Positions 1 to 6,381 of a stretch of DNA of 8,633 bases are shown one piece after another. The stretch's first letter is position 1; every line of letters begins with the position of its first letter. Below the pieces are notes generated by a model. That model saw only the letters and a program-made list of their open reading frames with translations, made no database searches and was not told the origin of the DNA. Source of the stretch: a virus (taxonomy: Duplodnaviria > Heunggongvirae > Uroviricota > Caudoviricetes). The DNA lies in the IMG/VR virus record IMGVR_UViG_2541047745_000004, positions 1 through 8,633 of that record; one strand, written 5' to 3'. A program made the position numbers and the translations under genes.

Positions 1-462
1 ATGCTGGGTGATTGTTTCCCTCCTGATTTTAAGGCTAATTTTAGTCGTGAAAGAGGTATATCACCCGGTGATGTATTGTATCTTCATTGTGATTTTACGA
101 CCCCACCTAAAGTAAAATATATGGTGGTTGTTTGCTGTGAACCTCTTTTAGTTCTTCTAATAAATTCAGATATAAATGAATTTATTAAGAGAAACAATGA
201 TCTTATGGCTTGTCAGGTCGAAATTAATAGAGAGGACCATGATTTTCTTAAATGGGACTCATTTGTTAATTGCATTGAGGCTCATGCTGCTTTCGATCTT
301 GAAATTATTAAAGAGAAAATAGCCATCCAATATGGCGACGTGCTAAAAGGTCGCATTACAGATCATTGTATGAGACAAGTTCGATGTGCAGTTGAGATAT
401 CTAAAATCATGGTTAAACGGCATAAAAAACTGATACTCGCTGCTCTTCAACATTATGAATAA
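1..462 (+). CDS. hypothetical AT-rich accessory protein (153 aa as seen; start may lie upstream of the window)
   Basis: Open frame from position 1 to TAA at 460-462. Sampled stretches are about 30-38% GC versus about 50% or more in the neighbouring phage genes. Opposite strand to the adjacent early-left operon. Ends inside a perfect 12-bp hairpin. ATG at 1-3 coincides with the window edge, so the 5' end is unverified. No family recognised. Confidence 0.5.
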   Translation: MLGDCFPPDFKANFSRERGISPGDVLYLHCDFTTPPKVKYMVVVCCEPLLVLLINSDINEFIKRNNDLMACQVEINREDHDFLKWDSFVNCIEAHAAFDLEIIKEKIAIQYGDVLKGRITDHCMRQVRCAVEISKIMVKRHKKLILAALQHYE

Positions 463-487
463 ACCCACCTTTGGATGGGTTTATTCA
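456..487. terminator. hairpin between convergent genes, possible shared/bidirectional terminator
   Basis: Perfect inverted repeat TGAATAAACCCA (456-467) / TGGGTTTATTCA (476-487) with an 8-nt loop. It overlaps the TAA of ORF 1..462 and ends 9 nt before the stop (496-498) of the convergent minus-strand gene. Plus-strand 3' flank ATATTCTATTT is moderately U-rich; the minus-strand flank is not. Confidence 0.45.
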
Positions 488-495
488 TATTCTAT

Positions 496-768
496 TTAAA
501 TGAGCCTTTGTTTATGGGTTCTGACCCTTTCCCACTCAGCACGCCCTTCTTCTCGCCTTTTGTCTATGTATTCCGCAAGATCCTGAATATTGATGCAACG
601 TTTTGCTTTTTGTGATGTGCCGATGCGATATGTTGGAACGGGCAACTTACAAGCGTTTGCTTTTGCTTCTGCCGTGGCTGGACTCATGCCAAAGTACTTT
701 TGGCTAACTGCTGAGAGTTCAATGTTAGGGGTATTGAATTCAGCCATCAGTAAAAACAAGGTGTTCAT
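496..768 (-). CDS. small DNA-binding protein, PrtN/excisionase-like (about 90 aa)
   Basis: ORF track gives 496..795. I prefer ATG at 768 (MNTLFLLMAEF...) because GGAG at 774-777 gives a 5-nt spacer; alternative ATGs at 780 and 795. The segment ...KLPVPTYRIGTSQKAKRCINIQDLAEYIDKRREEG... resembles phage PrtN/excisionase-type proteins as I recall them. Family call is tentative. Confidence 0.45.
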   Translation of the reverse strand: MNTLFLLMAEFNTPNIELSAVSQKYFGMSPATAEAKANACKLPVPTYRIGTSQKAKRCINIQDLAEYIDKRREEGRAEWERVRTHKQRLI

Positions 769-804
769 AATTTTCTCCATCAAAACCGGCTGCACCCGGA
801 AAAA

Positions 805-1377
805 TCATAATTCTGTGCTGGTGGCAGGAATTAATTTCTGCCAGATAGCTGAAACATATTTTGCCTGATGACGAGCATCAGCCAGGGCGTTGTGCCGTTC
901 GCCATCGAAAGGCATGTCCATTTTGGGGGCGAATCCGATGGAACGCCCAAGCGTAACGATCGTGCGTACATCGTGATCATTCCAGTACGCCCATGGGCAG
1001 ATTTGTCCTGCTCGTTCATAAGCTCCGCGTAAAATTACGTTGTCGAAGGTGGCCCCGTTACCCCAAACTTTTAAATATTTCGTATTGCCTGCGTGCCGAT
1101 TAATGAAATGGCTCAGTTCAGAGAGTGCATCGCTGATCGACAAAGTATCATCAATACAGATTGCAGCTCGTGCTTCAGGGCTTTGTTTCAACCACCACAG
1201 GATGGTATCGCCGTCAGGTGTGGCCCCTTGCTCCATAGCACTGTCCAGGCTGACAACCGCATAGAATTCTTGTCCGATGTCTCCGGTTTCTGGAGTGAAG
1301 AACACCGCGCCAATGGAAACGATCGGTGCATCCTTATTTTTCCCCATCGTCTCAAGGTCGATCATTAAGTTGTTCAT
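805..1377 (-). CDS. DnaQ-like DEDDh 3'-5' exonuclease
   Basis: ORF track gives 805..1380 (GTG). ATG at 1377-1375 has AGGAGG (1385-1390) 7 nt upstream and overlaps the TGA of the upstream gene (TGATG). Three exonuclease motifs are visible in the translation: Exo I IDLET, Exo II WGNGATFDNV, Exo III HNALADARH. Confidence 0.75.
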   Translation of the reverse strand: MNNLMIDLETMGKNKDAPIVSIGAVFFTPETGDIGQEFYAVVSLDSAMEQGATPDGDTILWWLKQSPEARAAICIDDTLSISDALSELSHFINRHAGNTKYLKVWGNGATFDNVILRGAYERAGQICPWAYWNDHDVRTIVTLGRSIGFAPKMDMPFDGERHNALADARHQAKYVSAIWQKLIPATSTEL

Positions 1378-1913
1378 CACTTCACCTCCTGCGGCGGTTC
1401 CGGTAGCCGCATCCAGTGGGTTACATTGCGGCTCTGTGTTTCGAAGAACTCCTCACCATTGCGGACAACATCAAAAAACTCACTGTCTCGATATTGCGCA
1501 TAAAGAACGAATGCGCCATCACATAAAATAATTACGTGCTGACCATCATCTGGCATTCGCTCACTACAGCTTATCCAGCCAGCCGGAATTACCGGAGAGC
1601 AGGTTGACGTTTCCGAGATTTCCCGAAAGTTTCCGGCCTGAGGCATGGCGGCGCGGTGACACCAGATAATCCAGCCAATCGCCATATCCCATGCCATGTA
1701 TTCGCCATCGCCATTTTTTGCCCTGCGGCGATCTACAGATTCCCCGAAACGCTTCTCCATAAATAATTCATAGGCTGCCCGTTCATCCGATACTGCTTCC
1801 AGTGATGCCAGCGCGATTTCATAAGCCAGGCGCTCAATATTGTCTCGCACGTCCAGGCTGCCGATTCGCTCTCTGATTTCTTTAATCAGTTCTTTGTCGG
1901 TAAAAGTAGTCAT
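1377..1913 (-). CDS. phage protein with C-terminal DUF551-like domain (178 aa)
   Basis: ATG at 1913-1911 preceded by GAGGA at 7-nt spacing, 3 nt after the upstream stop. C-terminal ...GWISCSERMPDDG...THWMRLPEPP matches the DUF551 pattern from memory. Confidence 0.6.
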   Translation of the reverse strand: MTTFTDKELIKEIRERIGSLDVRDNIERLAYEIALASLEAVSDERAAYELFMEKRFGESVDRRRAKNGDGEYMAWDMAIGWIIWCHRAAMPQAGNFREISETSTCSPVIPAGWISCSERMPDDGQHVIILCDGAFVLYAQYRDSEFFDVVRNGEEFFETQSRNVTHWMRLPEPPQEVK

Positions 1914-1916
1914 GTG

Positions 1917-2204
1917 TTAGTCCTCATCCACTTCAACGCCATCTTTCAGCGTGATGCCGTGCCAATCATCAGCCCAACTGGTTAGCCCTGGCGCATCAAT
2001 GCTAGGCATATAGACGCTTGCAGTGTGGTAGCCCTTATCGTTATCAATGCTGGCAACGTGCTCGCCGTTGTATGCGCTCAGCGTGTCCAGGACGCTATAA
2101 AACTTTCCTCCGGCTGCCCTGAAATCCTTTACAGCCTTCACAAGGCGATTCCACGCTTTTTCCTGTTCTGGCGTCAGGTCGATTAATTCCTGCAAAGTTG
2201 CCAT
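1917..2204 (-). CDS. small acidic phage protein (95 aa), function unknown
   Basis: ORF track gives 1917..2246, but the in-frame ATG at 2204-2202 (MATLQELIDL...) has AAGGAGAG at 2210-2217 and sits 1 nt after the TGA (2206-2208) of the upstream gene. About 17 D/E versus 8 K/R, with an acidic C-terminus ...VEVDED. Confidence 0.55.
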   Translation of the reverse strand: MATLQELIDLTPEQEKAWNRLVKAVKDFRAAGGKFYSVLDTLSAYNGEHVASIDNDKGYHTASVYMPSIDAPGLTSWADDWHGITLKDGVEVDED

Positions 2205-2205
2205 A

Positions 2206-2892
2206 TCACTCTCCTTTGATGCGAATGCCAGCGGCGCGGGAATCATTCCATCGCTTTACTTCTTCACGAATTACGTCAATGCATTCTTTCGAATCCATTA
2301 GGTAATCTTCATCAAAAAGCCTTTCCTGTTCGTTTTCTATCGCAACAATGATTGCTTCAACTAACTTTTGTGCCTGAGAACCACTTTCTAACTCTGCAAT
2401 GCGCTTCTCTGCGGCTTCCAGCTTCTCGCGCATATCGTCAACGTACTCGACCAGAGATCCGCCAGCAGGAATTTCGCACTCCTCGACCAGTTGGAAGTAG
2501 ATATCAGCTGCGGCCCGTGTGTTGCTATGCCTAGCGTCGCCCATCTCACCTTCACGAAGAGCATCGCGTTCGGCGGTAAGATTGGCTATTTTGCTGTCTT
2601 TGCCTTCCAGCTCAACGCGCAGCTTCCCAACCGTAAGCGCAATCTCCTCGTTCTCCTGGTCGCGGCGTTTGATGTATTGCTGGTTTCTTTCCCGTTCATC
2701 CAGCAGTGCCAGCACGGTTTCTGGTCCGGTCAGAAATTTGAAGGCGTTGAGCGCATCAATATCCACACCGTAATCTTTAAGTTCCTGTTCACTTAACAAA
2801 TCATCATCAACTGGCAACATTAACAGGCGATCCATTGCCGGAATTGCACGCTCTGCCTCCTCACGCAGTGCCTGATAGTCAATCTTGCTCAC
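2206..2892 (-). CDS. Ea22-like (ead/Ea22 family) coiled-coil protein, 228 aa
   Basis: GTG start at 2892-2890 with AGGAGG (2899-2904) 6 nt upstream, overlapping the TGA of the upstream gene (GTGA). Segments ...LLDERERNQQYIKRRDQENEEIALTVGKLRVELE... and the C-terminus ...AGIRIKGE match lambda Ea22 as I remember it. Confidence 0.7.
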   Translation of the reverse strand: MSKIDYQALREEAERAIPAMDRLLMLPVDDDLLSEQELKDYGVDIDALNAFKFLTGPETVLALLDERERNQQYIKRRDQENEEIALTVGKLRVELEGKDSKIANLTAERDALREGEMGDARHSNTRAAADIYFQLVEECEIPAGGSLVEYVDDMREKLEAAEKRIAELESGSQAQKLVEAIIVAIENEQERLFDEDYLMDSKECIDVIREEVKRWNDSRAAGIRIKGE

Positions 2893-3443
2893 TGGTTGCC
2901 TCCTTTGCGAAGCTGTTCAGCAATACTTACGCATATCTCTGCGCCTCTAATCAGCCCCGGAACGTTCTTGTTTGGCCCAACTTCACCATCAACAAAATCA
3001 ATCATCGCGTTACGAGCCATATTCACCCCCTGCGCCCGCACTTCAGCCAGGCATTTGCGAAACTCGGAAACGTACTGTTCGACGCTCATTCCCCAGCTAA
3101 GTGGACATTCATTGAATGTTTCGCCTTCGTGCTCTTCATCAGGTAGCTCTTTGGTAAAGAACTCACGTTCAATGGCGTGGAGTGTGTCAGCAAAACGACG
3201 TAAGTTACTCAAACCTGTCGTAATGGAGAATTCAGGAGCATCACATCCGACGCCCATCTGCTGATAAACGGCGGTTTTGAAGGCCTTAAGCCCCGCATTC
3301 TCCGCCGCAAGCGCCGAAATCTTAGCCTCCGCTTCAGCAAATTTACGCACCAGATATTCAGCATTTGTTTCGTTAACCTTTAAATCTCGTGGGATGCATT
3401 TCCCGCGAAGAAACCCTTCCATTTCGAAAACATTCATGCGCAT
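2889..3443 (-). CDS. hypothetical early protein (182-184 aa)
   Basis: Start is either ATG 3443 (GGAG about 8 nt upstream) or ATG 3437, which overlaps the TGA of the YfdR-like gene (ATGA). Its stop overlaps the GTG of the Ea22-like gene. No family recognised. Occupies the position of yfdS/yfdT in CPS-53. Confidence 0.55.
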   Translation of the reverse strand: MRMNVFEMEGFLRGKCIPRDLKVNETNAEYLVRKFAEAEAKISALAAENAGLKAFKTAVYQQMGVGCDAPEFSITTGLSNLRRFADTLHAIEREFFTKELPDEEHEGETFNECPLSWGMSVEQYVSEFRKCLAEVRAQGVNMARNAMIDFVDGEVGPNKNVPGLIRGAEICVSIAEQLRKGGNQ

Positions 3444-3970
3444 TTGCGTAACTCCGATAACTCGTTAAAACGTTCCATAAACATCCCGTAGGCATGGCCT
3501 GGCGACAGTGGAATCACTTTGAACATCTCTGTTGCCGGGATACCTTCCAGTACAGGCCAGAAAGAGCCATCATCAAGCCCGAGATCGCGGCGTTCGGTTG
3601 CCAGCATGATGAGATCGGCATATTTCACGGGCGTGCTCATAACCGGGGGTAACCCGTATTTCTCACGGATTACGGCGTCTATTTTTTCTTCCATCCGTTT
3701 ATAGTCAGGAAGAAGGCGTTTCAGTGGCGCGGGGATGTCCTGACAATACGCTTCTGTTGCATCATGCATTAACGCTTCGAAAGCAAACTCCTGCGGTACC
3801 AGTTGGCTGCAAAGCACCGCATGTTGGGCGACGCTGTAGAAGTGTGAAAGATGTCCTGCAAAGCGACAGATATTTGAAAGGGAAACCGCGATATCGTTAA
3901 TCACGATGTCGTCTTTATTTATCCTGTCATAATAAAAATGCTTCCCGGAAAAAGTTTTAATAAATGACAT
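3434..3970 (-). CDS. yfdR: HD-domain phosphohydrolase, YfdR-like (YfbR/YfdR 5'-nucleotidase family)
   Basis: ORF track gives 3434..3997. ATG at 3970-3968 (MSFIKTFSGKHFYYD...) has GGAG 7 nt upstream. HD signature ...FAGHLSHFYSVAQHAV...LMHDATEAY.... N-terminus and length agree with my recollection of E. coli K-12 CPS-53 YfdR. Confidence 0.8.
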   Translation of the reverse strand: MSFIKTFSGKHFYYDRINKDDIVINDIAVSLSNICRFAGHLSHFYSVAQHAVLCSQLVPQEFAFEALMHDATEAYCQDIPAPLKRLLPDYKRMEEKIDAVIREKYGLPPVMSTPVKYADLIMLATERRDLGLDDGSFWPVLEGIPATEMFKVIPLSPGHAYGMFMERFNELSELRKCA

Positions 3971-4063
3971 TTTGTTCTCCACGTATATGCGCTGCACCGC
4001 GCTGAATTCTGGTAAAAGGAAGCCCTCACCATCCGGTGATTATTGAGTTAATTACGTTTCCAT

Positions 4064-4085
4064 AAATGCCCCCGCAGGGGCATTT
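4064..4085 (-). terminator. intra-operon hairpin between yfdQ and yfdR (attenuator- or terminator-like)
   Basis: Perfect 9-bp inverted repeat AAATGCCCC (4064-4072) / GGGGCATTT (4077-4085) with a 4-nt loop, 13 nt downstream of the yfdQ stop. A/T flanks on both sides but no long U-tract. Confidence 0.35.
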
Positions 4086-4097
4086 GCAGTAATGAAA

Positions 4098-4922
4098 TCA
4101 GGCGGTGAAAGTACCAATAAAGGTTTCGACTTTGCTGTCTTTGAATTTCTCAACAAGCAGATCACGAAATTCGTTAGCCATTTCTTCCTGCACCGCTTCC
4201 AGCTGAATAATGCGCAGAACCAGTACAGGACGATCGCCAGTGATAATGCTGAGGCGTAATTTAAATGGACGTTCTTTCAGACCTTCAAACGGAACGCATT
4301 TATATTCAAATGCCACTGGCATAATATCTTTGGTCTTCGCTTCGACAGACTCCATCAGGGAGCGTTTGCCGCTGAAGTCATTATCTTCAAAATCAGCGGT
4401 CTGGTTTGCTTCAATCGTGATTTTACGGACAGCCGCAGCCGCTTTTGTTGCCTGAATAGCGTCACCATTAGCATCAAAGCCCACAAGGTAGTCGGCCCAG
4501 TCTTCAATCCATTCTGCCAGTGACTTCTGGGAGTTACGCTCGCCGTTAACAGACAACAGAGCAGAGAACGGTGCTGTCTTTTTCAGTTTGAGAGTGGCGG
4601 TGTTATCTGCGTGACCTGGTTCATCAATAGTACCCAGGTTAAGCACACTGACGGCTCGCATATTATCGGCATCGATAAAGCAGCGGGTGCCTTCATCTGC
4701 AAGATCTTTAGAATAACGGGTAAAGTCATCGATGCTGGCAGTGGAAAGCGCACCACGGAAACGGAAGCGATTTAAATTAAATTTTTCCAGATCATGAATG
4801 CGGAAATTCTCAGGCAATGCCACAGCATCGGCACCAATCTTACTGATAATTTCATTAACACCCTGAGCAGAAATAAGGGCATGGATTTGATTAATTGCGG
4901 TTGCGTCTAAGTTCTGAGACAT
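4098..4922 (-). CDS. yfdQ: YfdQ-family protein (DUF2303), 274 aa
   Basis: ATG at 4922-4920 with GAGGA 6 nt upstream. Length and position immediately upstream of the yfdR-like gene match CPS-53 YfdQ as I recall. Not verified by search. Confidence 0.7.
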   Translation of the reverse strand: MSQNLDATAINQIHALISAQGVNEIISKIGADAVALPENFRIHDLEKFNLNRFRFRGALSTASIDDFTRYSKDLADEGTRCFIDADNMRAVSVLNLGTIDEPGHADNTATLKLKKTAPFSALLSVNGERNSQKSLAEWIEDWADYLVGFDANGDAIQATKAAAAVRKITIEANQTADFEDNDFSGKRSLMESVEAKTKDIMPVAFEYKCVPFEGLKERPFKLRLSIITGDRPVLVLRIIQLEAVQEEMANEFRDLLVEKFKDSKVETFIGTFTA

Positions 4923-4987
4923 AATAAGTCCTCACTATATAAAGATATTCAGTGATGAGATAAATAATCGGTTAATTAAGAACGATA

Positions 4988-5350
4988 TTAATGACCTGCT
5001 GCGCGTAGTTTTCCGTCAGGTTCACCGGCAAGAGTCAGTAATTGTCCCTGGTCTTCCTGCAGAATAGTCAGACGACCACCGCGATTGACATACATCGGCG
5101 TTTCGGTGGTGTCTTCTTCGGAAATTTTCCCGCGGTTAGTCGGTCGAACATATGAGAGTTTGTGTTTGATTTTTACACGGTTCTCATCAAATGGTTCGAT
5201 TTCCAGGTTGAGTGAGACCTTACCTTTGGTTTTCGTGTTCATCACACCGGAAGCGACTTCACTGAGAACTGCGCCGATTTTGGTTTCAAATACGCCGCCG
5301 TCCAGCTCCCCGATAAATGCCTGCACATCAGTACTGCGTTCGCTAGCCAT
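4988..5350 (-). CDS. first early-left gene, hypothetical 120-aa protein (positional equivalent of yfdP)
   Basis: ORF track gives 4988..5668 (226 aa), but the extra N-terminal 106 codons are R/P/G-rich junk-like sequence inside the GC-rich region. ATG at 5350-5348 (MASERSTDVQ...) has GAGGAG 7 nt upstream. Confidence 0.6.
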   Translation of the reverse strand: MASERSTDVQAFIGELDGGVFETKIGAVLSEVASGVMNTKTKGKVSLNLEIEPFDENRVKIKHKLSYVRPTNRGKISEEDTTETPMYVNRGGRLTILQEDQGQLLTLAGEPDGKLRAAGH

Positions 5351-5818
5351 TTTGCTGCTCCTCATCATATCGACCCTGCAAGGTCGGTTGGTTTCTCCAC
5401 AAAACAGAGAAGAACACCTGCGGTGGCAGCCGCCCGGATGGATTGGGTTATGAGCCCGTCGTCCGGTGATGCTCTTCTCTGTTTTGTAAAAAGAGCGGTA
5501 CCAGCCGGAAGCAAGGGTACAAGCTGGTACCGCCAGGACTACACACAGCATAAAGTTGTGGTGCCGGGTGCCTCCCGGTGCCTGGCGAAGGTTGCACACC
5601 AGGCGGGTGGGTATCCACAGAAGGTCGACTGTCAGCCTCAACCTTAACCCGCGTGCGCTGAGCCGCATTCACCACAACGCTAAGGATTCTCTCTGGTTGA
5701 AAATACTTAGCTGTTATGTGCCTGCTTTTAGCCACATCAGGCGAGGTGGGCCTGGTTATTCCCCAACAACAAGGATTCGGCTAATCTGGATGACTCTGTT
5801 CTTAGAGGGGATAATTAA
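5351..5818. other. GC-rich, ORF-free, highly self-complementary intergenic element (candidate structured RNA or regulatory leader)
   Basis: About 58-60% GC in sampled stretches. Only low-complexity junk-like ORFs. Multiple inverted repeats: 5399-5415 vs 5471-5487, 5495-5505 vs 5523-5533, hairpin 5559-5581, 5588-5594 vs 5639-5645. Function not established. Confidence 0.4.
5399..5487. repeat. long inverted repeat (15 contiguous bp of 17-nt arms) with 55-nt spacer
   Basis: ACAAAACAGAGAAGAAC (5399-5415) versus GCTCTTCTCTGTTTTGT (5471-5487). The reverse complement of the right arm is ACAAAACAGAGAAGAGC, giving one mismatch. Confidence 0.8.
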
Positions 5819-6331
5819 ATGGGAGCGATTTATGTTAAACGTTTGATTCTGTCGGTAGCACTGATAATACCGATAGCATCCAATGCTTCTGATGCTTTGA
5901 ACCAGCCGAGCAGTAGTCTAAATGATGGTGTTGAGACTTTTTTTATTTCCTGCTTTGATATGCCTCAGGAAACAACTACTGATATGGACGCTTGTCAGAG
6001 AGTTCAGTTAGCTCAGGTTAGTTGGGTTAAGAATAAGTATTCGGTGGCCGCCCTGAATCGTTTGAAACAAGACAACAAGGATGATCCACAGCGTCTGCAG
6101 GAATTAACTGCTTCTTTTAACGCGGAAAGTGAAGCTTGGACAGAATTAATTGAGAAAGCGTCAAAGTCCGTCCAGGTTGATTATGCAGGAGGAACTATAG
6201 CTGGCACTGCAGTTGCATCACGTCAAATTGGTCTTCTGGAATTACAATCCCACGATATCTGGGAGCACTGGCTACGATTCGAGGACTCAACTCCTCCTCT
6301 TTTGCCAGAACCAAAGTTCAAATCTGAGTAA
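5819..6331 (+). CDS. secreted/periplasmic moron protein (170 aa) with Sec-type signal peptide
   Basis: ATG at 5819 with GAGGGG 8 nt upstream. N-terminus MGAIYVKRLILSVALIIPIASNA/SDA has a basic n-region, a hydrophobic core and an S-N-A cleavage motif, with no lipobox Cys. A sampled stretch is about 43% GC. Own intrinsic terminator downstream; convergent with cI. Possible LprI/DUF1311-like periplasmic protein, but that is a weak unverified recollection. Confidence 0.65.
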   Translation: MGAIYVKRLILSVALIIPIASNASDALNQPSSSLNDGVETFFISCFDMPQETTTDMDACQRVQLAQVSWVKNKYSVAALNRLKQDNKDDPQRLQELTASFNAESEAWTELIEKASKSVQVDYAGGTIAGTAVASRQIGLLELQSHDIWEHWLRFEDSTPPLLPEPKFKSE

Positions 6332-6340
6332 TAAGTCATC

Positions 6341-6357
6341 CAGATTGTTAAAGAGCG
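6341..6357 (-). promoter_or_regulatory. boxA-like antitermination motif on the leftward transcript
   Basis: Minus strand reads CGCTCTTTAACAATCTG. The core GCTCTTTAACAAT (13 nt) is identical to the E. coli rrn boxA core (UGCUCUUUAACAAU...) and fits the lambdoid boxA consensus CGCUCUU(U)A. It directly follows a hairpin (antisense of the moron terminator) and lies about 180 nt downstream of the operator repeats. Confidence 0.45.
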
Positions 6358-6358
6358 A

Positions 6359-6381
6359 AGCGTCCTATAGGGCGCTTTTTT
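6359..6381 (+). terminator. rho-independent terminator of the 5819..6331 gene
   Basis: Stem AGCGTCC (6359-6365) / GGGCGCT (6370-6376) with one G-U pair, loop TATA, followed by a T run at 6376-6381, about 28 nt after the stop codon. Confidence 0.65.

Noticed and set aside
441-456. boxA-like string TGCTCTTCAACATTAT on the plus strand
   Set aside because: It lies inside the coding region of ORF 1..462, far from any candidate early promoter, and matches the boxA consensus less well. Probably coincidental.
590-1531. Plus-strand ORFs 590..868, 1040..1264, 1093..1368 and 1277..1531, and minus-strand ORF 831..1019
   Set aside because: They lie inside or antisense to the exonuclease, DUF551 and PrtN-like genes, which have RBSs, motifs and translational coupling. 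Translations are low-complexity with no start signals.
2352-3704. Plus-strand ORFs 2352..2534, 2491..2796, 2519..2773, 2835..3146, 2896..3264, 3277..3468 and 3519..3704
   Set aside because: All are antisense to the coupled Ea22-like, 184-aa and YfdR-like genes. Their S/R/P-rich translations are typical of out-of-frame readings.
4210-5453. Plus-strand ORFs 4210..4455 and 5085..5453
   Set aside because: Antisense to YfdQ and the YfdP-like gene, with no RBS and no recognisable protein features.
5351-5668. N-terminal extension of ORF 4988..5668 (226 aa) into the GC-rich region
   Set aside because: The extension is R-rich junk-like sequence. A strong GAGGAG RBS precedes the internal ATG at 5350, which yields a 120-aa protein.
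5351-5818. Retron msr/msd, tRNA or tmRNA, or CRISPR array as explanation for the structured region
   Set aside because: No reverse transcriptase ORF follows on either strand (neighbours are a 170-aa secreted protein and the YfdP-like gene). No T-loop GTTCRANYC motif or cloverleaf arrangement was found. There are no regularly spaced identical direct repeats with unique spacers.
5423-5846. ORFs 5423..5647 (+), 5448..5735 (-) and 5556..5846 (+) inside the GC-rich element
   Set aside because: P/G/R-rich low-complexity translations with GTG or weak starts and no RBS, as expected for GC-rich non-coding DNA. The region is treated as non-coding and structured instead.
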